Shown here one piece after another: positions 12,464 through 24,061 of a stretch of DNA of 64,000 nt. Below the pieces are notes generated by a model, which worked only from the letters and a program-made list of their open reading frames with translations, was not told the DNA's origin and ran no database searches. How positions within the stretch are numbered: the stretch's first letter is position 1; the number at the start of each line of letters is the position of its first letter. The DNA is from Scenedesmus sp. PABB004 (lineage: Eukaryota): positions 1,364,001 to 1,428,000 of the forward strand of contig JABVCE010000004.1 of NCBI GenBank assembly GCA_014905635.1, read 5' to 3'. The position numbers and the translations under genes were made by a program.

Positions 12464-13684
12464 GCCGGCGCCGGCGGTGGCGGCGGCGGCGGCGGCGCCG
12501 CGGCCCCGCGCGCCGCGCCGCCGGGCATCCTTGTGGACGTCGGCGCGGGGCAGGGCTTCTTCAGCCTCGCCGCCGCGGCGCGGGGGCACCGCGTGATCGC
12601 GTTTGAGGCGTCGCCGCGCAGCCTGGCGGCCTTCCGGGCGAGCGTGGCCTACAACGGCTTTGACCGCCTCATCACCCTCCGCACGACCGTGCTCGGCGCG
12701 CGCGCGGGGCCGGTCTGCCTGCAGCCGCGCGACGGCAGCGACGACGCGACGGCGCCGGGCGGCGCGGCGGGCGGCGCCGCCGCCGGCGCGCGGGCGCGGC
12801 AGCTGCAGCGGCAGCTGGGCGGCGAGGCGGCGCTGCGGCGGCGGCGCGGCTACCCGCACCTGGCCGACGGCGGCGACGGCGGCGGCGGCGGCGCCGCGGC
12901 GGCGGCGCCCGCCGCGCCCGGCGCCGGCGGCGCGCTGCCGGCGGGCTGCGCGGTCGCGGGCCAGCGGCTGCGCCTGTCGGACGCGCTCGCCAACCGCACC
13001 GGCATCGCCGCGCTGCGCGTGAGCGCGCACGGGCACGAGGGCTGGGTGCTGGAGGGCGCGCGCGAGCTGCTGGCGGGGCCGGGGCGGCCAGAGGTGGTGT
13101 ACGTCGAGTTCTGCCCCGCGGCGCTGCGCGGCGCGGGCTACGCGTCGCCCCTGGCGCTGCTGACGTCGCTGCACGCGCTCGGCTACACCGACGTCGCGCA
13201 CGCGGGGCGCGTGTGCGACCAGCGCTGGTTCAACGTCACGCGCGGCAGCCGGCTGCAGGTGCGGCGCGGCCGGCCCGCCGGCCCGCCGGCCGCCACGCCC
13301 GGCGTGGCGCCGTGGCAGCGCCGCGCCGCACGCGAGCGCGGCGGCCGACCGCGCCCGCGCGCCCGCCGCCCGCCCCGTGCGGCGCAGGGCCCGTTCTCGC
13401 CCACCGCGCACGCGGCCGCGGCGCAGCCGACGTGGTGCAAGCTGCGTCCGGAGAACTTCCGGCTCCTGGTTGACCACGCGGACGGCAAGGTCCCGGAGAA
13501 CGTGCTCTTCCTGCTGGGCCAGGCGCTGGGCGCCGCGCCGGCCGGGGGCGGCGGCGGCGGCGGCGGCAGCAGACAGGGGCGCGCCGCCGCCGACGCGGCG
13601 CCGGCGGGCACGGCCGCGGCGGCGGCGGCGACGGGCGCGAGCGCGGGCGCGCCCGCCGCCGACGCCGCGGCAGCGCGCGGTTGA
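10402..13684 (+). CDS. Type II membrane GT32/DXD glycosyltransferase (OCH1-like) fused to an FkbM-type SAM methyltransferase
   Basis: TM segment LAATIAVLVFVQAVSCGLFFCV; IPRVVHQT, ERADFFKYMVVLRLGGVYADVDVEC, HHFQGSW (GT32); LVDVGAGQGFFSLAAAARGHRVIAFEAS and RVSAHGHEGWVLEGA (FkbM-like); 4 introns. Confidence 0.88.
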
Positions 13685-14296
13685 ATTGTCGGCCGGGGCT
13701 TCGATTGGTTGAGCTGCAGCGGCCTGCGCGCCGCCTGGACACAGCGCGCGAGCAACAGAGTAGGCCTTTCCTTCCCCAACAGAGTAGGCAAGGCTAGCGC
13801 CGCGCCGCGGGGGCAATTGCCGCGCGGCGGCCGTGCACAGTGGTGTCGTCTCGTGTGTGAGCGTCGTGCGTGTGTGTGCTGAGCTGTGGGCCGCGCGAGC
13901 GACGCCCGCGCGCCCAGCTCCCTCCCTGCCTGGCAGTGGCACTGTCGGCATCGCCCTGACACCCGTGACGCTCTGTTCATCCCTGCTGCTAACTCTCAAT
14001 CTGCACACCACCACCCAACCCACGCTCTCGCGCGCCCACCGGTAATCGCTGCGCGCCGCTCCCCACGCCCGCCGCGGCTCGAACTGCCAACCCCACTGCG
14101 CGCCGCCCTCGGCCGCCTGCTGCTCAGCCAGCCACGTGGTGGCTGCAGAAACTTCGTAGGCTGCCATGTCGCACGCGCGGGGGCTCAGCCAGCGCGCGCG
14201 AGCGCTCACGCGCCCAGCGAGCAGCGGCGGTCGCGGCGCGGCGCTCGCCGCTCCGGTCGTCGAATCCGAGCTCTCTCGGGCCTGAGAACTGGAGCC

Positions 14297-17200
14297 ATGG
14301 CGCCCCCCTCTCTGACGGCGCAGACCGGCGTGGGTGCCGTGCTGCTGGATGCGCTGAAAGCGCTCTTCTGCAGCGAGACGCTGCCGGGAAACCCGTACCA
14401 TCAGCTCGCGACCTCCCTCGGCGCGCACGTCGACCAGACGGCGCTCTGGAGCACGCCCGACGCTGACCTGCTGTCCGCGCTCGATGCGGAGAGCGGCGGC
14501 GTCGAGGTGGCGGACGCGAGCGTGGGGCTGGTCAAGCTGGCGGCGGCGGGGGACGTGTGGGGGCTGCCGCACGTGCTGCGCTGCGTGAGCAAGGAGGGTG
14601 CGTTGAGGAGTGGACGTGCTTGGCGCCCGGCCGCCCGGGCGCGCCACGCCCGACACCCGGGCGCGCGCGCAGCGCGCTCAGCGCGCTCCTCACCTCGCGG
14701 CTGCCGCCGGCGCCAGGCGTCTCGACCCTCGCGGACGCCATGGCCGCCAGCCTGCCAGACTCCTGGTTCCCGGGGCCGACGCCGTGCAGCGGCGAGCCGG
14801 GCTACTCGACGCAGGTGCTGGCCTCGCTGCAGGTGCGCCCGGGCGCCGCGCGCCGGGCGCGGCGGCCGCGCGGCCAGCACTCCGCTGCGACCGTATCGCA
14901 CCGGCACGCAGGGCAGCAGCGCGCTGTGGCGGCCGCAGTGGTCGCTCTTCCCCGAGCTCTGCGTGCGCTGCGACGTCGTCGTGCGGGGGCCGCGCCTCGA
15001 CGCCGCGCTGGCCCAGTTTGCCGCGCTGCTGGAGGCCGAGCTGCGCGAGCTGGACGCGACGCCAGTGTTCTTTGTCGAGGGGCTGCGCCTCGTGGAGCCG
15101 CTGGGTGGGTGCGACACTGCGCGGGCGCGGCGCGGGCGCGCTGCCGCCGGCTGCGGCCGGCCCAGGCCGGCCCTGGCGCTGCGCCGCGCGCAGGCGCCGG
15201 GCTGCGGCAGCGCGCCGCCGCTGGGGCCGGTGTGGCCGGTGCGGGGGCCGCGGTGCAGCCGCGCGCCGAGCCCGGCGAGCTGTGGACCCTCGCCGACGTG
15301 GCCGCCCGGCGTGATGACTTCCGCGCCGCGCTCACGCGCGGTGTGCTGGGCGGCGGCAAGTGCGTCGAGCTGCGCGCGGTGCTGCTGCTGGACGCGCCGG
15401 CGGCGGCGAGCGCACCTGGCGGCTCGGAGGTGCGCGATGCGCAAGGGGCGCTGCCGTGCCCGCGGGCGTGCGCGGGCCCTCACAGCTGCGCCACGCACGC
15501 TCGTGGCAGGGGCGCGCGCTGCGCTTTGAGGCGGCGAGCAAGCGGCTCTGCTTCCACTTCCTTCCCACGCCCGACCCTGCCGCGGACGGCGGTGCGGGCG
15601 CGGGCGCGGCGCAGCCCGGGGGCTCTTCGGCCGCGGCGGCCGCGGCGGCCGCGGCGGCCGCGGCGGCGGCAGCTCGTACGCCGCGGAGCCAGCGGCGCCG
15701 CGCGGCGCGGTGCACTGCGGCAGCACCCCGCATGAGGCGCTGTACGAGGGCGCGTTCCTCCACCCGGGCGCGGCGCGGCAGTACGCCGCGCTCTTTGCCG
15801 CCGACGGGCCGCCCCGCGGCGCCGCCTCGCTCGCCGCCAACGCGGACCAGATGGCGCTGCTGGTGGGGCGGCCCGGGCGGCCAGTGGCAGGGGCGGCGCG
15901 GCGGCCGCGGCAGCGTCGGCGCCCGCGCGCGCCGCGCCTCACGCGGCGCGCCGCGCGCCGGCCGCCAGGTCGAGGCGGACATGCTGCGCGGCGCGACGCT
16001 GGAGGGCCTCCGCCGCCTGCTGCTGCTCGCGCTGCTGCAGGACCCCGCGCCGCTCGCGCCGGGGCCGCTCACGCAGGGCGCGCTCGCGCCGCTCGAGGAG
16101 CTGGTGCTGCCCGGCGGGCCGCCCGACAGCACCGCGGCGCTGCTGCTGTCAACGGTGCCCAACCTGATCCGCATGACCAACTCGGGCGCCGCCGCCATCC
16201 AGGGTGCGCGCCGGGCGCGCCGGCCGCGGCTGGCCCGCACCAGGCACCGCCGGCGCGCCAGCTGCCGGAGGCGGTGCAGCGCCGCAGCCGAGCCGCCCGG
16301 CTGCCACCGCCGCCGCTGCCCGCGCAGACGTGGCGCGGGAGCTGGAGGTGGTGCAGCTCGCGGCGGCCGCGTGGCCCGCGCGGCGGGCAGCGTGCGCAGC
16401 ACAGGCGGCCGCCGCGCTCGAGGCGGCGGCGGGAGGCGAGGCGGCCGGGGCCGGGGCGGCAGCCACCGCAGTGGGCGGCGGCGCTGGCGGCGCAGACCCC
16501 CGCGCGATGCTGGCGTGGCTGGACAGCTCCAGGGTGGAGGCCTGCCTGCTGGGGCAGCTGCTGCGCCTCAGGCCGCGCGTGGCTGCCGCCACGGGCAGCG
16601 GCCAGTATGGCGGAATGTCCATCGCGATCGCCGACCTGCAGGCGCAGCTGCCGGACGCCGCGCCCAGCGCGCCGGCCGGCTGCGCCGCCGCGCTCGCGGG
16701 CGCGGCCGGGTGCGTCGCCGCGCTGCGGCACCTGCTGCAGGCCGCGGCCCTCACGCTCGCGGACGCGCTCCTCGATCGGTGCCGGGACGCGCGCTGGGCG
16801 CTCAGCCGCTTCGGCGTGCGCCCCCCGGACAGCGGCGTCGCGGCGCGCGCCGCGCTGGCGGCGGACGGCGGCGAGCTGCCGCAGGAGTGGGTGCTGCGCG
16901 TGCCGGCGGTCGCCGCGGCGCAGGTCCGCGCCGGCGCGGTCGCGGCGCGCATCGCCGAGGGCAGCGTGCTGCTGCAGTTTGCCGTCGACTGCCAGCTCGA
17001 CCGCCTGCTGGCGCGCCTGCACGCGTCGCTCAGCGTGCCGCCGCTCCCCGCCAACCCCTACCCCCGAGTGCTGCTCATGCTGCGCGCCCAGGCGGCGTGC
17101 ATGGACCTGTGGACGGTGCGCCCCGCCGCGGAGGCTGCCGCAGCCGCACGCCGCAGCCGCACGCTGTTGCCGAGCCCCGCGCTCCGCTGCGCCGCACCGC

Positions 17201-19270
17201 AGGAGGATGTGGACGAGGTGTGCGACGGCCTGCTGAACCAGCTGAGCCTCACCGATCCCTGCGGCTTCATGCACGCGGCGCGCCCGCCCCACCAGGGCCG
17301 GCGCGGGGCGCGCGCGCGCCGCGCCGGCGCTGCCCTCACGGGCGGCGGCGGCGACGAGGAGCAGGAGGAGGACGAGGCCGCGACGGTGTACGGCAGCTAC
17401 GCCGCAGTCTCGCTGTGCGACTGCAGGTGCGGGGCTGCCCAGGGGCAGGTGCGCCGGGGCCGAGGGACCGTGACAGCTGCCGCCGCACGCACGGACGGCT
17501 GAGCCGCCCGCCGCGCCGCGCCGCGCGTCGTCCGTAGGGCGTTGCAGTCGGTGGCGGCGTCGCTGGGCGGGCTGCTCGGGGAGCGCGCCTGGCAGCGCGG
17601 AGCCTACAGCGCCCAGGTCCTGCCGGCGCTCGTGGGCGACGCGTGGCTTACGGGGGCGCTCTGGCTCAGTGACAGCAAGGCGGGCGAGCTCGACGCGGCG
17701 GCCGCCGCGGCGGCCGACGACGGCGACGGCGACAGCGGCGGCCCCGCCCACGCTGGCCTCGCCGACGCGCAGCGCAGGTGCGGCGCCGCGCCCGCCCGCC
17801 GCACTGCCCCCGGTGCGCCTGACAGCTTCCCTGCGCGCATGCGTCGCATGCGTGAGAGAGAGAGAGAGCGCTTAAACCCAAACCCTGGCGCAGGAGCCCG
17901 CTGTGTCACCCGCTCTTCTATCGCGTGGAGGCGGAGGAGCACCACCTGGTGTCAGGGCCCGACCTGTCCGCGGCGGCGGCCCTGTTTGCCGGCGCGGTGC
18001 TGGAGCGCGCCCTCGAGCTGCACGCGCACACGCAGCACATCGTGCGCGGCCTCGCCCTCGACGCGCGCGGCGGCGGCGGTGGGGCCGCCTCGTTCGACGT
18101 GGAGCAGCTCCTGCAGCCGGCGGGGCGCGAGGTGCAGCCGGCAGGGCGCGGCCGCGCCCGCGCTGCCGGGCGCCGCGCCGCGCCGCGCACCCCGACGCCG
18201 CCGCGCCCGCGGCTCGCGCCGCGCCGCAGGCGGCGGCCGCCGCGCTCGTGCGCGCGGCGCGCGCCGCGGCGGCACGCAGCCCCGCGACCGCGGGCGACGA
18301 CCACCTGGCGACGCTGGAGCTGCTCGCGGCGGCCAAGGACGGCCCCCTCGTGCCGCTGCTGCTGCACCTGCACTTTGCGCACCGGCGCGACGACGGCCTG
18401 CCCCGCGGCACCGCGAGCACCGCGGCGGCCGCACACCGCGCCGGCTCCGCGCCACCGCCGCCGCGCGTGCTGCCCGCGGGCGGCGGCTGGCCCTGGCCGG
18501 GCGGCGACGCGGCCGCGTGCCCGCTCGCCGCGGAGGCGGCCGAGGCGGACGAGCCGCACTGGGGCCTGGGCGTGTACCAGCGAGTCTTCCTCACGCAGCG
18601 CGCCGCGGCCGCGTGGGCAGCCTGGCACGCCGACCGCGGCGACCCGGCGCAGCCGTTCCACCACGCCCACGCCGTGGCCGCGATCCGGCAGCAGGCGCGC
18701 GCGCGCACGCGGGGGCGGCTCGGCGACGGGCGGCGGCGGGACGCGGCGCCCGCGCGCCGCGCTGGGGGCCGACGCCGCCCGCCGCGCGCGCGTGCGCAGG
18801 TGCTGCGCATGGAGGCGCGCGGCGAGCTGCTCGACGCGCACAAGCTGCTGCTCTCTGCGGGCGCGATCTCGCAGGACGTGGAGGCCATCGTGCAGCTGAG
18901 CCGCGGGGTGCGCTCCGCGGCGCAGGAGCTCCGCGTGCTGCGGCACACGAGCGCCGTCCTCGGCGCCGCGCTCGCGCCGGGCGCGCTGCCGCCGGCCGCG
19001 CGCGCCAAGCTCGACGGCGACCGCGAGCGGCTGCGGGCGCTCGTGCTGACCTTCACGGGCCGCCTGCGGCGCGCGTTCGCGTCGCCGCGGCACAACTACT
19101 TCAGCGGCCTCGCCGCCGTTGCGCCGCGCCACGTCGCGCGCGTGCGCGCCGCGGCGCTGGGCGGCGCGTGGCCGCCCGAGGCGGCGGACTCACTCGAGCA
19201 GCTCGACTGCTGGACGCGCGCCTGCGAGCTCAGCGTGGCGGCGGCCGTGCACGACAGCCTGTCGTCGTAG
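14297..19270 (+). CDS. Large uncharacterised protein made of two homologous halves, each starting with an RIIa/Dpy-30-like motif
   Basis: ATG 14297, TAG 19268-19270; about 12 introns with typical signals (e.g. 17778-17893, GC-AG 18695-18799); strong GC3 codon bias in exons. Some internal exon boundaries are uncertain. Confidence 0.75.
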
Positions 19271-19777
19271 GAGCCGCCGGGGCAGGGGCTGCGCGCCCAG
19301 GATTCGGCGGGGCGCGCGCAGCCGGGCCTCGGAGGCGCCGCCCCCGACGGCGGCGTGCAGTGAACCCTGCGACGGCGCCCCGATCACGCGCGCGTCGGTT
19401 TCCCAACGCCCCCGTCCCGCTCCCCCCACCCACACGCGGGCTGGCAGCGCCTGCCGCACCCTGCCCGCGCCCACACCAGCAGCAGCCGCGTGCGCGCCGC
19501 ACCGCACGCCGTCGCCGCTGCGTGCCCCGAGCGACACCGCGTCCGGGACCGCCGGGGTCCGCCCGAGCGCCCCCTGATCGCCGCGCCGGCCGGGAGCCTG
19601 GAGCAGGCGCAGCGAGCGGCGAGCGCCATCAAAACGGCGGCGCGCCGTGCAAGCGCTGCTCATCATCGCTGTGTCTCCGCAGCTCCGTGCCGTGGCAGCT
19701 CGCCGCGACACCTGATCGCGTAGCGCGGCGGCGGCTGAGCGGCGCGCCGGGGCGGCGGCCAGTGACGAGGGGCCGCC

Positions 19778-22700
19778 ATGGACGGCCTGAGCGTGCTGCA
19801 GCAGGTCGCGGGCGTGCTGCTGGAGCAGGAGGAGGACGAGGCGCCGGAGGGCGCGGCGGACGCGCTCGACCGCCTCGACCGCGCTATGGCCGGCGCGCCG
19901 CAGTCGCAGCACGGCGCGATGGTCGCCGCCGCCGTGGCTGCCGCGGCCGCGGCCGGCGCGCGCCAGGCGGCCGCGGCGGCCGCGGCGGGCGCGGCGGCGG
20001 CGGGCGCGCCGCTCGGGAGCGGGCTCGCGCTCGCCCCCGGCCGGCTGGCGCGCGCGCCGGCGCCGCCGGGCGCGCGCGCCGGCGGCGAGCAGCGCGCGCA
20101 GCCCTGGGCGCCGCAGTGGCAGTACGGCCAGGCGCAGGCGCGCGACGCGCGCGGCGCGGACGGCGGCGTGATCGCGGTGCTGCAGGCGGCGCAGGTGCGG
20201 CAGGCGCAGCAGATCGAGGCGCTCGAAGTCGCGCTGCGGCAGGAGCGCCGCGAGCGCAAGGCGCTGCAGGCCGAGCTGCGGCGGGACCGGCGCGAGCGCG
20301 AGGCGCTGCTCGCGGAGCTGCAGGCTGCCGCGCAGCGGCCGCCGGGCGCGCTGCTCGCACCGCTGCACGAGCGGCACGGCGCGCCGCCGCTCGCGCTGCT
20401 TCCGGCGCCGCCGCCGGGCCGCGGCCCCGCGGCGGCGCGCAGCGACAGCTGGCCGTCGCGCGAGTGGGAGCAGGCGCCGGAGCGGGCGCAGCTGCGCGGC
20501 CCGGAGCAGGCGGAGGAGCAGGAGCAGGAGCAGCAGGAGCGGGCGGGGCGGGGGCTGCGGCGGGGCAAGCGGCGCAACTACATGCAGATGGCTGCGGGGC
20601 TGCCCTCGGACAGCGGCGGGCTCAGCAGCGTCACCAGCGACAGCGCACACAGCCTCGCGAGCCGGGGCGGCAGCGGGGAGGAGCCGTCGGACGACGACTG
20701 GGACGGGCGGCAGCGCGGGGGCGGCGCGCCCGCGCGCCAGCGCCGCGACGCGCAGCAGCCGGGGCGCGGCCGCGCGGTCGCGCGCGGCGGCGGCGCCGCC
20801 GACACGACGCCGCTCTCGTGGCTGCCGCGGCTGCTGGCCCACCGGGGCCTGTTCAAGGCGTGCTCCTGCGGCGTGCGGGTGGCGGGGCGGCCGAGCACGT
20901 TCAAGGTCAAGTTCTTTGACGTGCTGCACCCGGGCGCCACCTACTGCGACGCCTGCATCCCCGTCGGCGCCGCCATCATCAAGGGCGGCGGCGCCGCGAG
21001 CTCCAGCTACGGCGCGGCCGCGGCGGCGGCGGCCGCGCCGGCGCCGCCGGCGGCGCCGGGCGCGGCGCGGGCGCTGCCGCCGCTGGTGCTTCAGCTGTAC
21101 CACAGCGGGCACGCCAGCAACATCCTCTCCGCGCACGCCGACGACCTGGCGCAGCTGGTCAACCTGCGCGGCGTGCGCACGGCGCTGCGGCGCAAGCAGG
21201 TTTCGGTGCTGCTGCACCCGGGCGCGGGCCCGGGGGGCTCGGTGCACGTCTGCCCGGCGGGCGAGTACTGCAGCCTGGGCTGCAAGCTCAAGATCGGGGG
21301 CCTGCAGGCGCTCAAGCTGCACGCTGCGCCGGGCGAGGCGCTCGGCGGCCTGGAGGACGACGATGCGGCGGCGGTGCCGGCGTGGGCGGACGTCGCGGTG
21401 CTGCTGCAGCGCGCGCCGCAGGACGCGCCCGGCCACAAGCGCAGCGCCCCGGCCGCGCAGCAGGGCGTCGGGGGCGCGGCGCCGCGCCCGAAGCGGCCCC
21501 GCAAGGGCGCTGGCGGCCTGCCGCCCGCCAAGCTCGAGGGCAAGCAGCCGAGCTGGAGCGAGGCGGGCTGGTGGCAGTGGCAGCAGGCGGGGCTGGAGAA
21601 GCTCCGCGCGCTGGCGGCCGACGGCGGCGCCGCGGCCGCGGCGGCGGCGGCGGCGGCGGCGCAGGGCGCTGAGCAGCAGGCGGCGCAGCCGAACGAGCAG
21701 GCCGGCCGGCCGAGCGCCGAGCCAGGCGCGCGCGAGGGCAGCCCGCAGCCCGCCGCGCCGGGCGGCGAGGCGGCCGCGGGCGGCGGCGCGGCCCCGCCCC
21801 GCGACGGGCGTCCGCCGTCGACGGCGGTGCTGCTGCTGCTGCACGACGCGGGCTGCGTCAACGCGCCCGCGTGGGAGGCGTGGCGCGACTGCCAGGGCGG
21901 CGAGGTGGAGTTGTTCTGCCACCTCAAGGCCGGCGTGAGCGCCGACGCGGTCGAGGGCGCCGCGTTTGTGCGGCGCCACATGCTGCACACGCGCGTCGAG
22001 GCCGAGTGGGGCGGCACCTCGCTCGTGCAGGCCTTCCTGGACAGCCTGCAGGAGGTGCTGCTGCGCTGCCGCGTGCTCGAGTTCCCGCCGCAGCCCCCCG
22101 AGCTGCAGGAGGTGAAGCAGGAGGACGGCGCCGCGCCGGCGGGCAGCTACGACGCGGCGGGCGCGGCGGCCGGCGGCGACGCGGCGGCCGACGAGGCTGC
22201 GGCGGCGGGCGGCCCCGCCGCCGGGGGCGGTCAGCGCGACGCGAGCCGCAGCCCCAGCCCCAGCCCCTGGGAGCCGGCCCCCGCTGCGGCCGCCGCCGCG
22301 GCGCCCGAGGCCGAGCCGGCGCGCGCCAGCGACGGCGGGCGCGCGCCGCCGCGCACGCCCGGGCGCCGCAGCAGCGCGGGCGGGCGCGCGCGCACGGGCG
22401 CGGCGGCGCCGCCCGACGGCGCGCCGGGCCTGCGCCACGTGCTGCTCGCGAGCGGGCACGACGTCCCGCTCCGCCTGCTGCCGCACGGCGCGCTGCCGCG
22501 CGGCGTGAGCCTGTACGGCTCGTACGACTACAGTGGCGGCGACGTGCGCACGCTGCGCGAGGGCATGGCCGCGGGGCTGCGCGGCGCGGGGTACAGCGAG
22601 GCGGACGCGCGGCGCTGGGCGGGCGGGCTCGTGGCGCACCACCAGTGGATGTGCCTGAGCGTGGAGCACGCGCTCGCGCTGCTGGCGATGCGGGACGAGA

Positions 22701-23806
22701 TACTGCAGGCGCGCCCGCGACGGGCCGCCAGCGGCGCCTGCGCGGCGGCGGCAGCAGCGCCCGGGCGGCGGCAGCAGCGCGGTGGCGGCAGCGGCACCCG
22801 CGCGGCGGCGCCTGCGGGCTCGCGCGGCGCGCGGGCGGGCGCCGAGGCGCCGCCGCGTGCGCGCGCGCGCGCGCAGGTTGCGGAGGTCGTGCGGCGCGCG
22901 TGGGCGGCGGGCGGCGTGGGCATCGCGCCGGACGAGTACGTCGTGCTCACCGCGCTGCGCGCCGCGGGCGCCGTGCGCGAGCTGCGGACCTGCAGGCGCG
23001 GCACGGCGGCGCGGCGGCGCGCGCGCGCGCGCACTGGCGGACGGGCGGCGAGGACGGCCGCCCCGCAGCGCGCGCGCTCACCTCGCCGCCGCCGCCGCAG
23101 GCAGCCGCGCGCGCTGCGCGCGCTCGCGCGGGGCGCGGCGGCCAACGCGCACCCGACGCAGCTCATGTATGGGGTGGCCCTGCCGCCCGGCTGGGCGCTG
23201 CGCGGCGACGGCACGCTCGTCCCCGAAGGCGGCGCCGGCGGCGCCGGCGCCGCGGCGCCGCCGGGCGCGGCCGAGCTCGAGGCGGCGTCGTGCGCGGCGG
23301 ACAAGCACCCGGTGACGTGGCGGGAGCTGGACGAGGCGGTCGACTGCGAGGTGCGGCCGGGCCGGGCAGGCAGGGAGGGCCGGGCAGGGAGGGCGGAGTG
23401 GCTCGCTGCGCGCGCCGGCGCGGGCGGCGGCTGACGTGCCCGGCGCGCCCGTGCGTGCCGCCGCGCGCAGGAGGACGAGGGCGGGGCTACGTTTGCGGTG
23501 GGCATGCGGCTGCGCAACCTGCTCGCCATCGCGGCGCTGCGCGGCGCGCTGTCGCTGCGCAAGGTCGACGTGCGCGTGCCCGGCGACGCGGAGGCCACGC
23601 GGGCGGCGGTCGACGCGCTGCTCAAGGTCCTGCGCGGCATGTGGGGCGGCGCGCCGCCGAAGCAGGTCAACTGCCGCCGCGTGCTGCTCTGGCAGCGCGC
23701 GCCGGCGGTCGAGGGCGGCGGCGGCGGCGGCGGCGGCGCGCTGCTGCTGGCGGCGGCGGCGGCCGCGGCGGCCGCGGCGGCGGCCGGCAGGTCGAGCGCG
23801 GCCTGA
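19778..23806 (+). CDS. Multidomain protein: coiled coil + unknown middle domain + C-terminal Branch/GT14-like (DUF266/BC10-type) glycosyltransferase-like domain
   Basis: 2.9-kb first exon. Motifs AVLLLLHD, AWEAW, LFCH, EAEWGGTSLVQA, HVLLASGHDVPL, HHQWMCLSVEHA, APDEYVVLT, KHPVTW, LSLRKVD follow the order of the Branch family. Introns 22709-22876, 22996-23100 and about 23351-23470. Confidence 0.72.
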
Positions 23807-24061
23807 AGCGCGGCGTCGTGACTGGGGCTTTGCGGCGCACAGCTGGTTGCAGGCTCCGGTTGCTCCCCACCGCCGTGCTCCCCACCGGCGTGCTCCCCAC
23901 CCATTGGTTGCGCAGCGAGGCCGGACGGCAGCGCCGGTCGACGCAGGCCTCAGGCGCAGCAACCGCCGCCAGCAGCGCGCGCCCCTGTGTTGATGCTGGG
24001 CTCCACCCGGCCCGCTCGATTGCTCAGCAGTGCGCCCCGAGCTCGGCGAGGCGGCGGCCGC

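Noticed and set aside
17873..17886. TAAACCCAAACCCT telomere-like motif in an intron
   Set aside because: Only about two imperfect units; too short to call an interstitial telomere.
23869..23900. Short local tandem duplications here and at about 5670-5694, 10017-10061, 13753-13790 and 40373-40425, considered as CRISPR-like or regulatory arrays
   Set aside because: Only 2-3 adjacent copies without unique spacers; consistent with replication slippage in a eukaryotic genome.
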